Positions 1 to 10,037 of a DNA stretch of 64,000 bases are shown here, in pieces (position 1 is the first letter of the stretch; the number at the start of each line of letters is the position of its first letter). The notes under the pieces are model-generated. The model had not been told where the DNA came from. It did not search any database and saw only the letters and a list, made by a program, of their open reading frames with translations. The stretch spans positions 1 to 64,000 of the forward strand of contig BTVV01000013.1 in NCBI GenBank assembly GCA_045863855.1. Reading direction: 5' to 3'. Origin of the DNA: Planctomycetota bacterium (GTDB lineage: Bacteria; Planctomycetota; SZUA-567; H5-PLA8). The translations under genes were made by a program, and so were the position numbers.

Positions 1-192
1 AGCAGCTTGACCGGCGAGACCGCGGATAAGACTTCGCAGTACGAAGGCGTTTTGGAGGCCTTGAAAGGCGCCGAGAAGCTTCGGATCACGGTTCCGGCGC
101 TGAAGCTGAAGGGCACGGATCTGCCGGGACAGACCGTTAACTTCCCTCAGGGCACTGCAGCTTCGGCGGGCCACGAAGGCCACGAGCACTAG
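1..192 (+). CDS. 3' end of a protein starting upstream of the window, His-rich C-terminus
   Basis: Open frame from base 1 to TAG at 190-192, ending ...AGHEGHEH; same strand as the following DUF3299 gene. Confidence 0.6.
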   Translation, partial: SSLTGETADKTSQYEGVLEALKGAEKLRITVPALKLKGTDLPGQTVNFPQGTAASAGHEGHEH

Positions 193-286
193 TAGCTCGA
201 AGAGCACCGGGATTCGCGCGTCCGTACTGATGGCGCAATTCGGGACGTCCGATATATTAAGGTAGGCGGTACGGACGAACGGCGGC

Positions 287-973
287 ATGAGCGAATCACT
301 TTCCACACCGAAAGCACGCAGCGGCGAGGACTTCTGGGTCGCCGTAGGCGTAGTGGCGGTTTTGGCGGCGCTTTCGTGGGCGGTGAGCGGCTGGGCGGCG
401 CCGGCGCCTACTGCCGTACCGGGCTTGGATGCGGCGAACCTGAAAGGCGATCCGATCGATGGGTCGGTGGCCCATCCACCGTACGATGCGGGGAAGACGC
501 CCGTGGCCGTGGGATCCGCGGTAGCGCAAGAATCCCGGCGCTTTAAGCAAGTCACCTTCGATCTGCTGGCTGGCTTCATATACAACGATCCCAACCAGAT
601 CACGACGATGTTCCAGCCCGCGCCGGGCGAACCGGCGGCGCAGGCGGACCAGATTCCCGCAACGATCCAGGCGCTCGATACCCAGGAAGTGGCGGTGCAA
701 GGTTTCATGTATCCGCTGAAAGTTGACGGCGGATCGGTGAAAGCCTTCTGGCTGATGCGCAACCAATCGCTCTGCTGCTTTGGGCAGGTGCCGCGCTTGA
801 ACGAATTGGTATTCGTGCAGGTGAAGAACGAGAAGGGCGTCGAGTGGTATAACGACGCGATCGTGACGGTATACGGCAAGCTTGAAGTCGGCGAGAAGCG
901 CAACAAGGACGGGATCGTGACGAGCCTGTACCGGATGGAAACCGAGACTGTCGAAGGGCCCCTGGACCTGTGA
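287..973 (+). CDS. DUF3299-family membrane-anchored protein
   Basis: N-terminal TM helix; V-x-GFMYPL...F-x-LMRNQSLCCFGQVPRLNELVFV and V-x-V-x-GKLEVG motifs typical of DUF3299. Confidence 0.75.
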   Translation: MSESLSTPKARSGEDFWVAVGVVAVLAALSWAVSGWAAPAPTAVPGLDAANLKGDPIDGSVAHPPYDAGKTPVAVGSAVAQESRRFKQVTFDLLAGFIYNDPNQITTMFQPAPGEPAAQADQIPATIQALDTQEVAVQGFMYPLKVDGGSVKAFWLMRNQSLCCFGQVPRLNELVFVQVKNEKGVEWYNDAIVTVYGKLEVGEKRNKDGIVTSLYRMETETVEGPLDL

Positions 974-2397
974 GCCGATTACGCATCCTCCGCGCCGTAC
1001 GCTTGCTGGTTCCGCTATGGGCGCTGTGGGCGGCGATTCCGGGGCACGCTCAGGAACTGCCCGCGTACACGTTCAAGCTCAACGACTTGGAACTTTTCCC
1101 GCAGATTATTTCGCTGAATTACGAATCGCAGCCGCAGGCCGGCGATCTGGCGATGATCAACGGGATAATGGTGACGCTGGGCGAGCCGGGCGCGTACGCG
1201 TTCTATGTGCCGCTGGAGCAGCGGGAGCGCTTGTATCTAGCGGGCGCGGACGGGAAGCGGACGCTGCATGGCGTACGCGTGACGTGGGCGATGCGCGCGG
1301 GCGAGAAGGTGCTGGTCAATCCGCTCCCGGAGCTTGAAGCCGGGGAACTGGCGGGCTTACGCGGCGTTTTCCTGGATTACTGGGACGATACGGTGGCCAA
1401 GCGCATCGGCCAATTGGATCCTCAAAAAACTTGCGTGACGCTGACCGATTTGGTCGCGCTGGGCGAAACGCGCGCGCTGCCGGCTTTACCGGCGAACCTG
1501 CGTGCGCTGGCGGTCTACGAAAAGCACGGGGGCGGCTTCAACGATTACGGATCGCTGCGGAAGCTCTCGAAGTTGGAATTCTTCGCGGTGATCAGTTACG
1601 GGCATCCGGCGCTGGACATGGAACTCTTCACCGGAATGCCGGCGCTGAAATATCTCGATGTGAGCGCCACGACCGTGCAGCACGCCGAAGCGCTGGCGCG
1701 TTGCCCGGCACTGCGCAGCTTGAATCTGGGCTTCACGCGCGGCGTGAAGGATGTGGCCTTCGCCAAGGCGCTGAGCGACCTGCGCGTGCTGGACGTGCAG
1801 CAGACCGAAGTGGCGGACCTTACGCCGCTCTCGGAGCACGCAAACCTGCGCTTCGTGCTCGCCAACCGCAGCCCGGTTAAAAAGCTGCCCGTGGGTAAAC
1901 TCCCGGCGCTGCAAGGTGCGGAGTTGCTCAAGACGCCGTTGTCCGAAGCGGATGTCGCGCAATTTCGCCAATCGAACCCCAACGCGGTGGTGCTGTTCCA
2001 GCTCGACAAGTTGCTGGCGGAATCGCTGAAGCGTTGCGACCGAATGCGCGTGCGCTCTCTGCTGCCCAGCGGTAAAATCATCGAGAAGCCCGCGCTTGAA
2101 GTGGCCGATACGGCCGTATTGTCGGAACTGGGCGCCCAAGTTCACGTGGATATGGACAGCGAAGCGCTCGAATGCGCGTGCTCCACGGGGCCATTCCTAG
2201 AATTCATGCAGAAGGACCAAGTGGTCGTGACGCTCGCGTTCCGGCACAACAAGCAGGCGGAATGGCTGGGCGGCGTGCTGGGAAATTGGCCGTTGCGCAA
2301 TGAAAGCATTCAATTCCTGGTGTCCTGGCTGGGCAAGCACGACGTGAAGGTGGAAGATAACCCGTTGCCAGGCCTGCCCAATCCGCTCGATCCTTAG
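970..2397 (+). CDS. Secreted leucine-rich-repeat protein
   Basis: Signal peptide (..IPGHA|QE); LRR units LKYLDVSAT, LRSLNLGFT, LRVLDVQQT, LRFVLANRS; GTGA overlap with upstream stop. Confidence 0.75.
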   Translation: MSRLRILRAVRLLVPLWALWAAIPGHAQELPAYTFKLNDLELFPQIISLNYESQPQAGDLAMINGIMVTLGEPGAYAFYVPLEQRERLYLAGADGKRTLHGVRVTWAMRAGEKVLVNPLPELEAGELAGLRGVFLDYWDDTVAKRIGQLDPQKTCVTLTDLVALGETRALPALPANLRALAVYEKHGGGFNDYGSLRKLSKLEFFAVISYGHPALDMELFTGMPALKYLDVSATTVQHAEALARCPALRSLNLGFTRGVKDVAFAKALSDLRVLDVQQTEVADLTPLSEHANLRFVLANRSPVKKLPVGKLPALQGAELLKTPLSEADVAQFRQSNPNAVVLFQLDKLLAESLKRCDRMRVRSLLPSGKIIEKPALEVADTAVLSELGAQVHVDMDSEALECACSTGPFLEFMQKDQVVVTLAFRHNKQAEWLGGVLGNWPLRNESIQFLVSWLGKHDVKVEDNPLPGLPNPLDP

Positions 2398-2417
2398 ATC
2401 ATACTGGAGCCCTGCGC

Positions 2418-2843
2418 ATGGAATGCGAGTTTCCGAAACAGAACGCGACGACGGCCGAAATCGCGGAAATTCTGAAGCAGTACAAATCCATCGCGGTGGT
2501 AGGGCTGAGCGACAAACCGGACCGTCCCAGCTTCGGCGTCTCGGCGTACATGCAGCAGCACGGCTACAAGATCACGCCCGTCAACCCAATGCTTAAAGGG
2601 CCGGTGTTGGGCGAGACTTCGTACGCGCACCTGAAGGACGTGCCCGGGCCGTTGGAGATCGTGAACATCTTCCGCAAGCCCGAAGACGTGCCTCCCATCG
2701 TAGAAGAGGCCATTGCGAAGGGCGCGAAGGTGATCTGGATGCAGGAAGGCATCGTGAATAACGTCGCCGCCGATCGCGCCCGTGCCGCAGGGCTGAAGGT
2801 GGTGATGAACAAATGCCTGCTGAAAGAACACCGCGTGCTTTAG
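2418..2843 (+). CDS. CoA-binding protein (YccU/CoA_binding_2 family)
   Basis: IAVVGLSDKPDRPS, ITPVNP, IVNIFR, IWMQEGI, VVMNKC motifs. Confidence 0.9.
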   Translation: MECEFPKQNATTAEIAEILKQYKSIAVVGLSDKPDRPSFGVSAYMQQHGYKITPVNPMLKGPVLGETSYAHLKDVPGPLEIVNIFRKPEDVPPIVEEAIAKGAKVIWMQEGIVNNVAADRARAAGLKVVMNKCLLKEHRVL

Positions 2844-2988
2844 CAGCCCGTAGGGTTGCGGGATCATTCGAACTGGGCGTCGTTGCGCTTCGCTCGCCGC
2901 ATCTCTCGATGCGGCTCTCTGTGCGACGCCTTGCCCAGTCTCAATGCTCCTCGCAACGCGGTCCGCACCCTTTTTCAATGGGCTGCTA
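2841..2988. mobile_element. MITE-like nested palindromic element (~148 bp)
   Basis: Terminal inverted repeats TAGCAGCCC (2841-2849) / GGGCTGCTA (2980-2988); internal pairs ACTGGGC/GCCCAGT and GCCGCATC-TCTC-GATGCGGC; lies between convergent genes. Confidence 0.6.
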
Positions 2989-3037
2989 GCCGTGCGGCGC
3001 TCGCTGCCGGCGCAAGATTCGCTTCGTATGGCCGCGA

Positions 3038-6000
3038 TTACGCGATTCCTTCGCCTAAACGCTCGGCTTCGAAGCGATTCAAATCCTCCTCCTTGATGCC
3101 GAAGTAGCGCGCTTCCGGATGGTGGAAGACCAACGCGCTGACGCTGGCTTCGGGGTCCATCATGTACTCTTCGGTGAGGCGCACGCCGATGGCTGCTTCG
3201 ACGTCCAGGGCGGGGAAGAGCAGCGCCTGGTCTTCGAGGCGCGGGCAGGCCGGATAACCGAAGCTGACGCGGACGCCGCGGTACTTGGCCTGGAAGCGCT
3301 GTTGCATGCTGGTTCCCGCGGCATCGGGGAAACCCCACATCGCCCGCAGCCGCGCATGGACCAGCTCGGCCAAGCCTTCGGCGCTTTCGATGGCCAGAGC
3401 TTGCAGGACGATGCTCTCCACATAGCGGCCGTCCTTCTTGAGCTGCTCGGCGCGCGCACGTACGCCTTCTCCGCATGTGGTGGCGAAGAGCGCGACGTAA
3501 TCCATGCCTTCGGCGCCGGGGCCGCGCACGTAATCGCTGAGACATAAGCCGCGGTCGCTGGTCTGGCGCGGGAATGCGAAACGCGTGATCTCCGCTTCCG
3601 CGCCGCCGGCCAAGGCTTCATCTTTCTTCGAGGTCTTGTAGAGGACCAAATCGTCGCCGTGGGCCAGCGCCGGGAAGAATCGGTAGACCGCTTTCGGCGT
3701 CATGATTTTATCGCGGCGCACGGTGTCGATCATGCGTTCGACGCTTGCTTTCAAATCCTTGGCCTTTGCGTCGCCTTGCGCGGCGAGCTTCTCGATGTTG
3801 CCTTTCAGGCCCAAGTGCTTTCCGTAGAGCATCAGCGGGTTGATCCAGCGGACTACTTCTTCGAGATCGAAATCGGCGAGGACGTGGCGCTTGAGGTCTG
3901 GCGGAACCGGCGCCGGAAAGCCATGATCGAACTGCGCGGGCGCGACTGCGGGTTTGGCCTCGGGCGCTTTCTTGACGACGATGGGCGCCTGGCGGTCTTT
4001 CCATAAGGTTTGGAGCTTTTCGGGATCGCGAACCCGGTTGGCGAGGTCCAGTCCGTCCATGGCGTCGCGCGCGTAGAAGACGGGCGCGCCGTAAGCCGGC
4101 GCAATGCGCGAGCGCGTAAAGGTATCCGAGAGCGCCGCGCCTCCGACGAGCACCGGGCAGTTGACGCCCGCGCGCTTGAAGTCTTCGGCGGTCAGCACCA
4201 TCTGTTGTGCGCTCTTCACGAGCAGCCCCGAGAGCCCGATCATGTCGGCCTTGTGCTCGCGCGAGGCGGCAATGAGCGTCTCGCTCAACACCTTGATGCC
4301 CAGATCGACCACCTTAAAGCCGTTGTTGCTGAAAATGATCTCGACTAGGCTCTTGCCGATGTCGTGCACATCGCCTTTCACCGTGGCGAGGACCATGGTC
4401 CCGCGCGCGGCCGCGTCGGCCTTCTCCATGTGCGGTTCCAGGTGCGCGACGGCAGCCTTCATGACCTCCGCCGACTGAAGCACTTCCGCCACGATCATCT
4501 CGTTGTTGTTGAAGAGCCGGCCGACTTCATCCATCCCGGCCATGAGCGGGCCGTTGACGATATCGAGCGGTTTGCGCGACTTGAGCAGTTCGTCAAGATC
4601 TTCGATCAGGCCGTCTTTGCTGCCCTCGATCACGTTGCGCGGGAGGCGCTCGTCGATGGAGAGCTTTAAACGGTCCTCGGATTTTCGCTCGGTCTTACGT
4701 TCGCGGAATTGTGCGACAAATGCGGCGATGGGGTCCGGTCCGGCGTTGTCGATCAGGTCGAGGCAGACCTTCTTGTCTTCGGGTGAAATCTGCGAGTATG
4801 GTACGAGTTTCTGCGTGTTGACGATGGGCAGGTCGAGCCCGGCTTCGACGTTCAGGTGCAGGAAGACGCTGTTGAGCACTTCGCGGCCGGCTTCGGGGAG
4901 TCCGAAAGAGACGTTGCTGATGCCCAATGTCGTCTTGCAGAACGGAAAGCGCTGCTTAATCAGGCGCAGGCCTTCGATGGTCTCGCGCCCCGCGCCCTTA
5001 TAGTTCTCGTCGCCGGTGCCGATGGGAAAGACCAGCGGATCGAAAATTAGATCTTCTTCGGGAATGTCGTACTTCTTCGTGAGCAGTTCGTGGCAGCGTG
5101 CGGCGACTTCGAGCTTGCGCTGGCGCGTGACGGCCATGCCCTGCTTCTTATCTTCATCGATGCAGCCGACGATGAGCGCCGCACCGAACTTTTTGACTAG
5201 CGGTACTACTTTGTGGAAGCGTTCTTCGCCGTCCTCGAGGTTGATCGAGTTGTAGATCACCTTGCCCTGAATACGTTTCATGGAGATTTCGAGCACTTTC
5301 TCGTCGGTGCTATCAACCATGAAGGGGCAGTAGACGCGGCGGGTGAGAAGATCGAGGAAGCGCGACATGTCGGCAGGTTCGTCGCGGTCGGGATTCTGCA
5401 GACACAAATCGAGGACGTGGGCTCCGGCGCGGACCTGCTTGCGCCCGATCTCGACGGCTTCTTCGATCTTTTCTTCCTGAATCAGACGCTTGAACATGCG
5501 GCTGCCAAGCGAGTTGGTGCGCTCGCCGACGAACCACGGCCGGCCGTCTTCTGCGATTTCCAGCGCTTCCATGCCGCTGATGGCGGTGCGCTTGATCGGA
5601 TTGGGCACGCGCGGCTTGTAATTCCCCACGACCGCCGAAAGGCGGCGGATGTGCTCGGGCGTGGTGCCGCAGCAGCCACCGACGATATTGACCCAGCCCT
5701 TTTCGAGGAACTCCTGCGCCTTCGCGACGAAGCCGTCGGGCGTGAGATGGTAATGGTTATCCGCGTCAGGCAACCCGGCGTTGGGGTACAGACTGGTGTA
5801 AAAGCGGCTGTAGGTGGCCAGCGTGCGCAAAGGTCCGACCAAGGCATCGGGACCTGTAGCGCAGTTCATTCCGATGCTCAACAGCGGGCGATGGGCCAGC
5901 GAAACGTACGCAGCTTCGACGTCCTGTCCGGCAAGCATCTTCATGCCTAACGCTGGATCTATGGTCACGGAGACCATGATCGGGAGCATGATGCCGGTCT

Positions 6001-6580
6001 GCTCGAAGGCGCGGTCGCAGGCTTCCAGCGCGGCTTTGATATTGAGGGTATCGAACGCCGTTTCGATCAGGATTACGTCGGCGCCGCCCTCGATGAGCGC
6101 GAGCATTTGAGCGGTATAATTGTCTGCCTGGCGCTCAAACGTGAAGCCCACCGTTAAGCTGATTTGCTTGGTAGTGGGGCCGACGCTTCCTGCGACGAAT
6201 CGCGGGCGCTCGGGCGTCGAGAATTCATCGCAGGCTTCGCGCGCCAGTTTGCAGGCGGTCAGGTTCATCTCGCGGGTGAGGTCTTGCAGGCCGAACTCGC
6301 CCAGAACGAGTGGAGTCGCACCGAACGTGTTGGTCTCGACGAGATCCGCCCCGGCGGCAAGGTAGTCGGCGTGAATCTGGCGGATCCACTCCGGGCGCGA
6401 ACGGAGCAGGTTCTCGGAACAGTTTACGTACTCGTCGCCGCCCCAGTCTTCGGCCGTCGGGTTGCGCTGCTGGATCATCGTGCCCATCGCGCCGTCGATG
6501 ACGAGGATGCGCTCACGCAGGGCTTCGACGAGGCGGCGCGAGCGTTCGGGATACTTCGGCAGCAGGTCTTGGACGTTCAA
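3038..6580 (-). CDS. metH: Cobalamin-dependent methionine synthase
   Basis: DGAMGT, GGCCGTTPEHI (Hcy/Zn domain), VGERTN (pterin domain), KGDVHDIGK (B12 DxHxxG), SFGYPACP...EASVSA (activation domain). Confidence 0.97.
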   Translation of the reverse strand: MNVQDLLPKYPERSRRLVEALRERILVIDGAMGTMIQQRNPTAEDWGGDEYVNCSENLLRSRPEWIRQIHADYLAAGADLVETNTFGATPLVLGEFGLQDLTREMNLTACKLAREACDEFSTPERPRFVAGSVGPTTKQISLTVGFTFERQADNYTAQMLALIEGGADVILIETAFDTLNIKAALEACDRAFEQTGIMLPIMVSVTIDPALGMKMLAGQDVEAAYVSLAHRPLLSIGMNCATGPDALVGPLRTLATYSRFYTSLYPNAGLPDADNHYHLTPDGFVAKAQEFLEKGWVNIVGGCCGTTPEHIRRLSAVVGNYKPRVPNPIKRTAISGMEALEIAEDGRPWFVGERTNSLGSRMFKRLIQEEKIEEAVEIGRKQVRAGAHVLDLCLQNPDRDEPADMSRFLDLLTRRVYCPFMVDSTDEKVLEISMKRIQGKVIYNSINLEDGEERFHKVVPLVKKFGAALIVGCIDEDKKQGMAVTRQRKLEVAARCHELLTKKYDIPEEDLIFDPLVFPIGTGDENYKGAGRETIEGLRLIKQRFPFCKTTLGISNVSFGLPEAGREVLNSVFLHLNVEAGLDLPIVNTQKLVPYSQISPEDKKVCLDLIDNAGPDPIAAFVAQFRERKTERKSEDRLKLSIDERLPRNVIEGSKDGLIEDLDELLKSRKPLDIVNGPLMAGMDEVGRLFNNNEMIVAEVLQSAEVMKAAVAHLEPHMEKADAAARGTMVLATVKGDVHDIGKSLVEIIFSNNGFKVVDLGIKVLSETLIAASREHKADMIGLSGLLVKSAQQMVLTAEDFKRAGVNCPVLVGGAALSDTFTRSRIAPAYGAPVFYARDAMDGLDLANRVRDPEKLQTLWKDRQAPIVVKKAPEAKPAVAPAQFDHGFPAPVPPDLKRHVLADFDLEEVVRWINPLMLYGKHLGLKGNIEKLAAQGDAKAKDLKASVERMIDTVRRDKIMTPKAVYRFFPALAHGDDLVLYKTSKKDEALAGGAEAEITRFAFPRQTSDRGLCLSDYVRGPGAEGMDYVALFATTCGEGVRARAEQLKKDGRYVESIVLQALAIESAEGLAELVHARLRAMWGFPDAAGTSMQQRFQAKYRGVRVSFGYPACPRLEDQALLFPALDVEAAIGVRLTEEYMMDPEASVSALVFHHPEARYFGIKEEDLNRFEAERLGEGIA

Positions 6581-6608
6581 GGGTTGGGCTCCGGCACGTG
6601 GAGGAAGT

Positions 6609-7340
6609 TTACGGCTTCAGTTCGTAGACGCGAATGGATGCGTGCATGGGTCGCAGGGGCGCATTGACGGGTTTGCCCAAGCGCGGCTTCTGCTCCAGCA
6701 ATTCCACGGTTTTCTCGGTGGCGGCAACGCGGCTCTTGATTTCTTTCGGTACGCAGCCGAGCGCCATGAAGGCGATGTTGACGGTCTCGCCGATGATGTC
6801 GGGGCGCGCGTACTCGGGATGCCCGACTGGGCCGAGGTAAATTTCGCCGCTGTGGACCAGTACGTTCAAGCCTTCGTAACCGCTGACGCGGTGAAGCTGC
6901 AACGCAGCATTTACGGCGCGGTCGGCATGGCGCGGGCCGGAAAAGAAGCCGAGAAAGCCGTCACCCACGTACTTCACGGGCACGCCGCTGTGGTCGATGA
7001 CCGCTTCGGTGACCTGATAGAAGATACCGTTGGCCCACGTGGCGACGTCGCGCGGCGGCATGCTCGAAGCGCGCACCGCGTAACCGTCCATGTCGGTGCA
7101 GAGCACCGTGGCCGGGAAAGTGCTGTCCTGAGCTTCGACACGTCCAAGCAACCAGTCCACGTTTACGCTGAGGATGCGCGAAAGATCGAGCAGCACCGCG
7201 ATATCGGGCGCGTTCTCGCCGCGTTCCCACTTGCTCACGGCCTGAGCGGTGATGCCCAAGGCGTGGGCGATGTCGGACTGCTTGAGGCGGCATTTTTCGC
7301 GCTGTCCGCGAATACGCCGGCCGAGGTCCTTAAGATTCAT
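6609..7340 (-). CDS. XRE-family HTH fused to class III nucleotide cyclase domain
   Basis: N-term LKQSDIAHALGITAQAVSKWERG; C-term TVLCTDMDGY, VKYVGDGFL, VHSGEI, DIIGETVNIA; RBS AAGGAG upstream. Confidence 0.85.
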   Translation of the reverse strand: MNLKDLGRRIRGQREKCRLKQSDIAHALGITAQAVSKWERGENAPDIAVLLDLSRILSVNVDWLLGRVEAQDSTFPATVLCTDMDGYAVRASSMPPRDVATWANGIFYQVTEAVIDHSGVPVKYVGDGFLGFFSGPRHADRAVNAALQLHRVSGYEGLNVLVHSGEIYLGPVGHPEYARPDIIGETVNIAFMALGCVPKEIKSRVAATEKTVELLEQKPRLGKPVNAPLRPMHASIRVYELKP

Positions 7341-7493
7341 CGCCGTACTCCTTGGGCCTAACGAACATTAAAGCGCAAAGCCGCTGCCGTGCACAATGGA
7401 GACTCCGTTGAGTCCAAGCAAGAGGCGGTTGGTTGGGCCGGGTTGAATCAAGCCGCTGGGCGAGTACCATGGTTTCCTCGCCAACTGGGAACG

Positions 7494-9998
7494 ATGAGTT
7501 TGATGAGCCGAAAGCGTGTACTTCTGCCTGCCACCGCAGCTCTGATTGTTTGGGCCGCCAGTGCGATCGGCGCCGCGGACGTCCCCACCGGCGCCAGCCA
7601 TTTCAGCGTCACACGCTACCTTTCAGGCATCCCGGGGATCATGGCGTTTACCTTTACGCCCGACGGGCGGATGCTGCTCTGCGAAAAGGGCGGCCGCTTG
7701 CGTGTGGTCAAGAACGGCAAGCTGCTCGCGGCGCCGTTCGCCACGTTTGCCGTCGATACCACCTTTGAGCGCGGATTACTGGGTGTGGTTTGCGCACCGG
7801 ATTTCGCGGTCAGCGGGCACGTGTACATGCACTATTCGGTCAAGTTGCCTGTTCCGCACAACATTATCGCACGAGTAACGGCCGATGGCGATCGTGCCGT
7901 GCTTGGCAGCGAATTGCGTATCTTCGATTTGGAGCCTCCGCAAGCGGCCAACCACAACGGCGGCGCGTTGCGCTTCGGACCTGACGGCAAGCTGTACGTG
8001 GGTGTGGGCGACGACAGCCGTCCCGAGACATCGGCGCGTCTGGATACCATCTTCGGAAAGCTCCTGCGCATTAATCCGGACGGCAGCATTCCCGAAGACA
8101 ATCCGTTCTTCACGACCGCTACGGGCTTGAATCGCGCGATCTGGGCGTACGGGTTGCGCAATCCGTACTCGTTTTCGTTCCAGCCCGGCACCGGACGGCT
8201 ATTCATTAACGACGTGGGCCAGGATGCCTGGGAGGAGATCGACGAAGGCGTAGCAGGATCGAATTACGGCTGGCCGACATTTGAAGGACCGTTCGGCGAT
8301 GCCGAAACCAAACAACCGATTTTCAGCTATCCGCACAGCCAGGGTTGCGCGATTGTCGGCGGCGTATTCTACAATCCGCCAGCGCCAACCTTTCCACCGG
8401 AGCACGTGGGCCGGTATGCGTACCTCGACTTTTGCAGCGGCAAGGTGTTTATGCTCGATCTGGAGACCTTTCAGGCTCAGGTGGTCGCGCAGGGATTCAC
8501 ACCCGCTTCGGACCTTCAGCTCGGGCCGGACGGCGCGTTATATGTGGCGTGCGTGTACGAAGGCGCGATCTATCGCATCCAGTACGAGCCGGGGCTCGCG
8601 CCGGCGATTGTGGAAGAACCGCAGGATTTGGCGCTGCCGCAGAACCGGCAAGCGGTATTCGAGATCGCCGCATCGGGTGCGCCGCGCATGAACTATCGCT
8701 GGTACCGCGACGACCGCCCTGTGGGCAACTCGTCTCCGCGATTAGAGATCGGCGGCTTGAAGCTGGGGGACAGCGGATCGCGCATTCGGTGTGTGGTGCG
8801 CAACGCCTTCGGAGCCGTGGCTTCGCGCGATGCGATCCTGACCGTGCTGCCGCCGAACTTGCCTCCGTCGTTGATCCTGGATGCCCCGGCGAAGGGATTG
8901 AAGTATGCGGGAGGCGATGCCGTGCCCTTCGCCGCGCATGCGGTGGACCCCGAAGAGGGTGCACTGGCGCCGGAAGCGTTCACGTGGAATGTCTGGTTTC
9001 ACCACGATAGTCATCGCCATCCTTTTCTAACCGACCTGGATGGTATCGATTCCGGCGTAGCGACGGTGCCCACCGAAGGCGAATCGTCGGCTAACGTGTG
9101 GATCCGCTTCGAAGTCACGGTGCGGGATGCGGCAGAGAATACGGTCACCGTAACGCGCGATATCTATCCGCGCAAAGCGTACCTGACGCTCGGCACGCAG
9201 CCGGCCCAGCGCACGCTTGCGCTCGACGGCTCGGCGCTGCCGCGGACGCCCGCAAAAATTTTAGGCGTGGTCAATCTGGACCGCACGCTGGACGCTCCCA
9301 CGCCGCAACCTCCGACGGGCACGCAATTCGCGTTCGTGCGCTGGTCGGACGGTGTGCGCGAGGCCAGGCGCGAGATCGCGTGGCCGTCGCGCGATACGAT
9401 TCGGGAAGCCCTCTTTCGGCCCGCGCTACTGCCTGCTCTGCCCGAAGACTCGGACGACGACGGCGTGAGCGATGTGGATGAAGAGGAGGCGGCGACCGAT
9501 CCGGAAGATCCCGAACGCTATCCCTCAAGTACTCTGAGCGTGACGCGCGTGGCCGGGGCGGTGCGGTTTACCAAGCCGGGGTTGGATACGCTGACCCTGG
9601 CGGGAACGCTGCCGGAGGTTCCGGCTGCATTGGAAGCGGAAGGCGTTTTGGTGCGCGTGGAAGTAGCCGGAGCAGAAGTGCCGTTCGTGCTCGATGCGAA
9701 AGGGAAGGGGCTTTCCCAGCAGGGTACGCTGAAATTTACGGGTACGGCCTTTGAGCGCGAGACGAACGGCGGTTCGCGGCGTTTTATCGGTGGATCGGCG
9801 TCATTCACCGCGATACTTAAACGTGGCGATTGGGCGGGTGTTTGGACGGACTACGGGTTGCTTCCAGCCAGCGGCCCGACATACATGCCGCTCCTCCTGC
9901 CCGTGCGGGTGCGCTTGGGCGGACGCGTTTTCGAGACCGAGGTAAGTGTGCTGTACCTTTCGCGTTCGGCGGCGTCCGGCAGCATTAAGGGCCCTTGA
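7494..9998 (+). CDS. Secreted PQQ-dependent sugar (glucose/sorbosone) dehydrogenase with Ig-like and C-terminal domains
   Basis: ERGLLG, NHNGGALRFGPDGKLYVGVGD, GKLLRINPDGSIPEDNPF, YGLRNP, NDVGQ..WEEID, NYGWP; Ig module; DSDDDGVSD..E Ca-binding-like motif. Start moved to ATG 7494 (7503 also possible). Confidence 0.88.
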   Translation: MSLMSRKRVLLPATAALIVWAASAIGAADVPTGASHFSVTRYLSGIPGIMAFTFTPDGRMLLCEKGGRLRVVKNGKLLAAPFATFAVDTTFERGLLGVVCAPDFAVSGHVYMHYSVKLPVPHNIIARVTADGDRAVLGSELRIFDLEPPQAANHNGGALRFGPDGKLYVGVGDDSRPETSARLDTIFGKLLRINPDGSIPEDNPFFTTATGLNRAIWAYGLRNPYSFSFQPGTGRLFINDVGQDAWEEIDEGVAGSNYGWPTFEGPFGDAETKQPIFSYPHSQGCAIVGGVFYNPPAPTFPPEHVGRYAYLDFCSGKVFMLDLETFQAQVVAQGFTPASDLQLGPDGALYVACVYEGAIYRIQYEPGLAPAIVEEPQDLALPQNRQAVFEIAASGAPRMNYRWYRDDRPVGNSSPRLEIGGLKLGDSGSRIRCVVRNAFGAVASRDAILTVLPPNLPPSLILDAPAKGLKYAGGDAVPFAAHAVDPEEGALAPEAFTWNVWFHHDSHRHPFLTDLDGIDSGVATVPTEGESSANVWIRFEVTVRDAAENTVTVTRDIYPRKAYLTLGTQPAQRTLALDGSALPRTPAKILGVVNLDRTLDAPTPQPPTGTQFAFVRWSDGVREARREIAWPSRDTIREALFRPALLPALPEDSDDDGVSDVDEEEAATDPEDPERYPSSTLSVTRVAGAVRFTKPGLDTLTLAGTLPEVPAALEAEGVLVRVEVAGAEVPFVLDAKGKGLSQQGTLKFTGTAFERETNGGSRRFIGGSASFTAILKRGDWAGVWTDYGLLPASGPTYMPLLLPVRVRLGGRVFETEVSVLYLSRSAASGSIKGP

Positions 9999-10037
9999 AA
10001 CGGGCGGCTCGCCGGGCGCCCGGTATGGAGTCTCCTC

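Noticed and set aside
6581..7493. SAM or cobalamin riboswitch for metH
   Set aside because: Only 28 bp separate metH from the upstream gene, and no recognisable aptamer consensus was seen upstream of that gene
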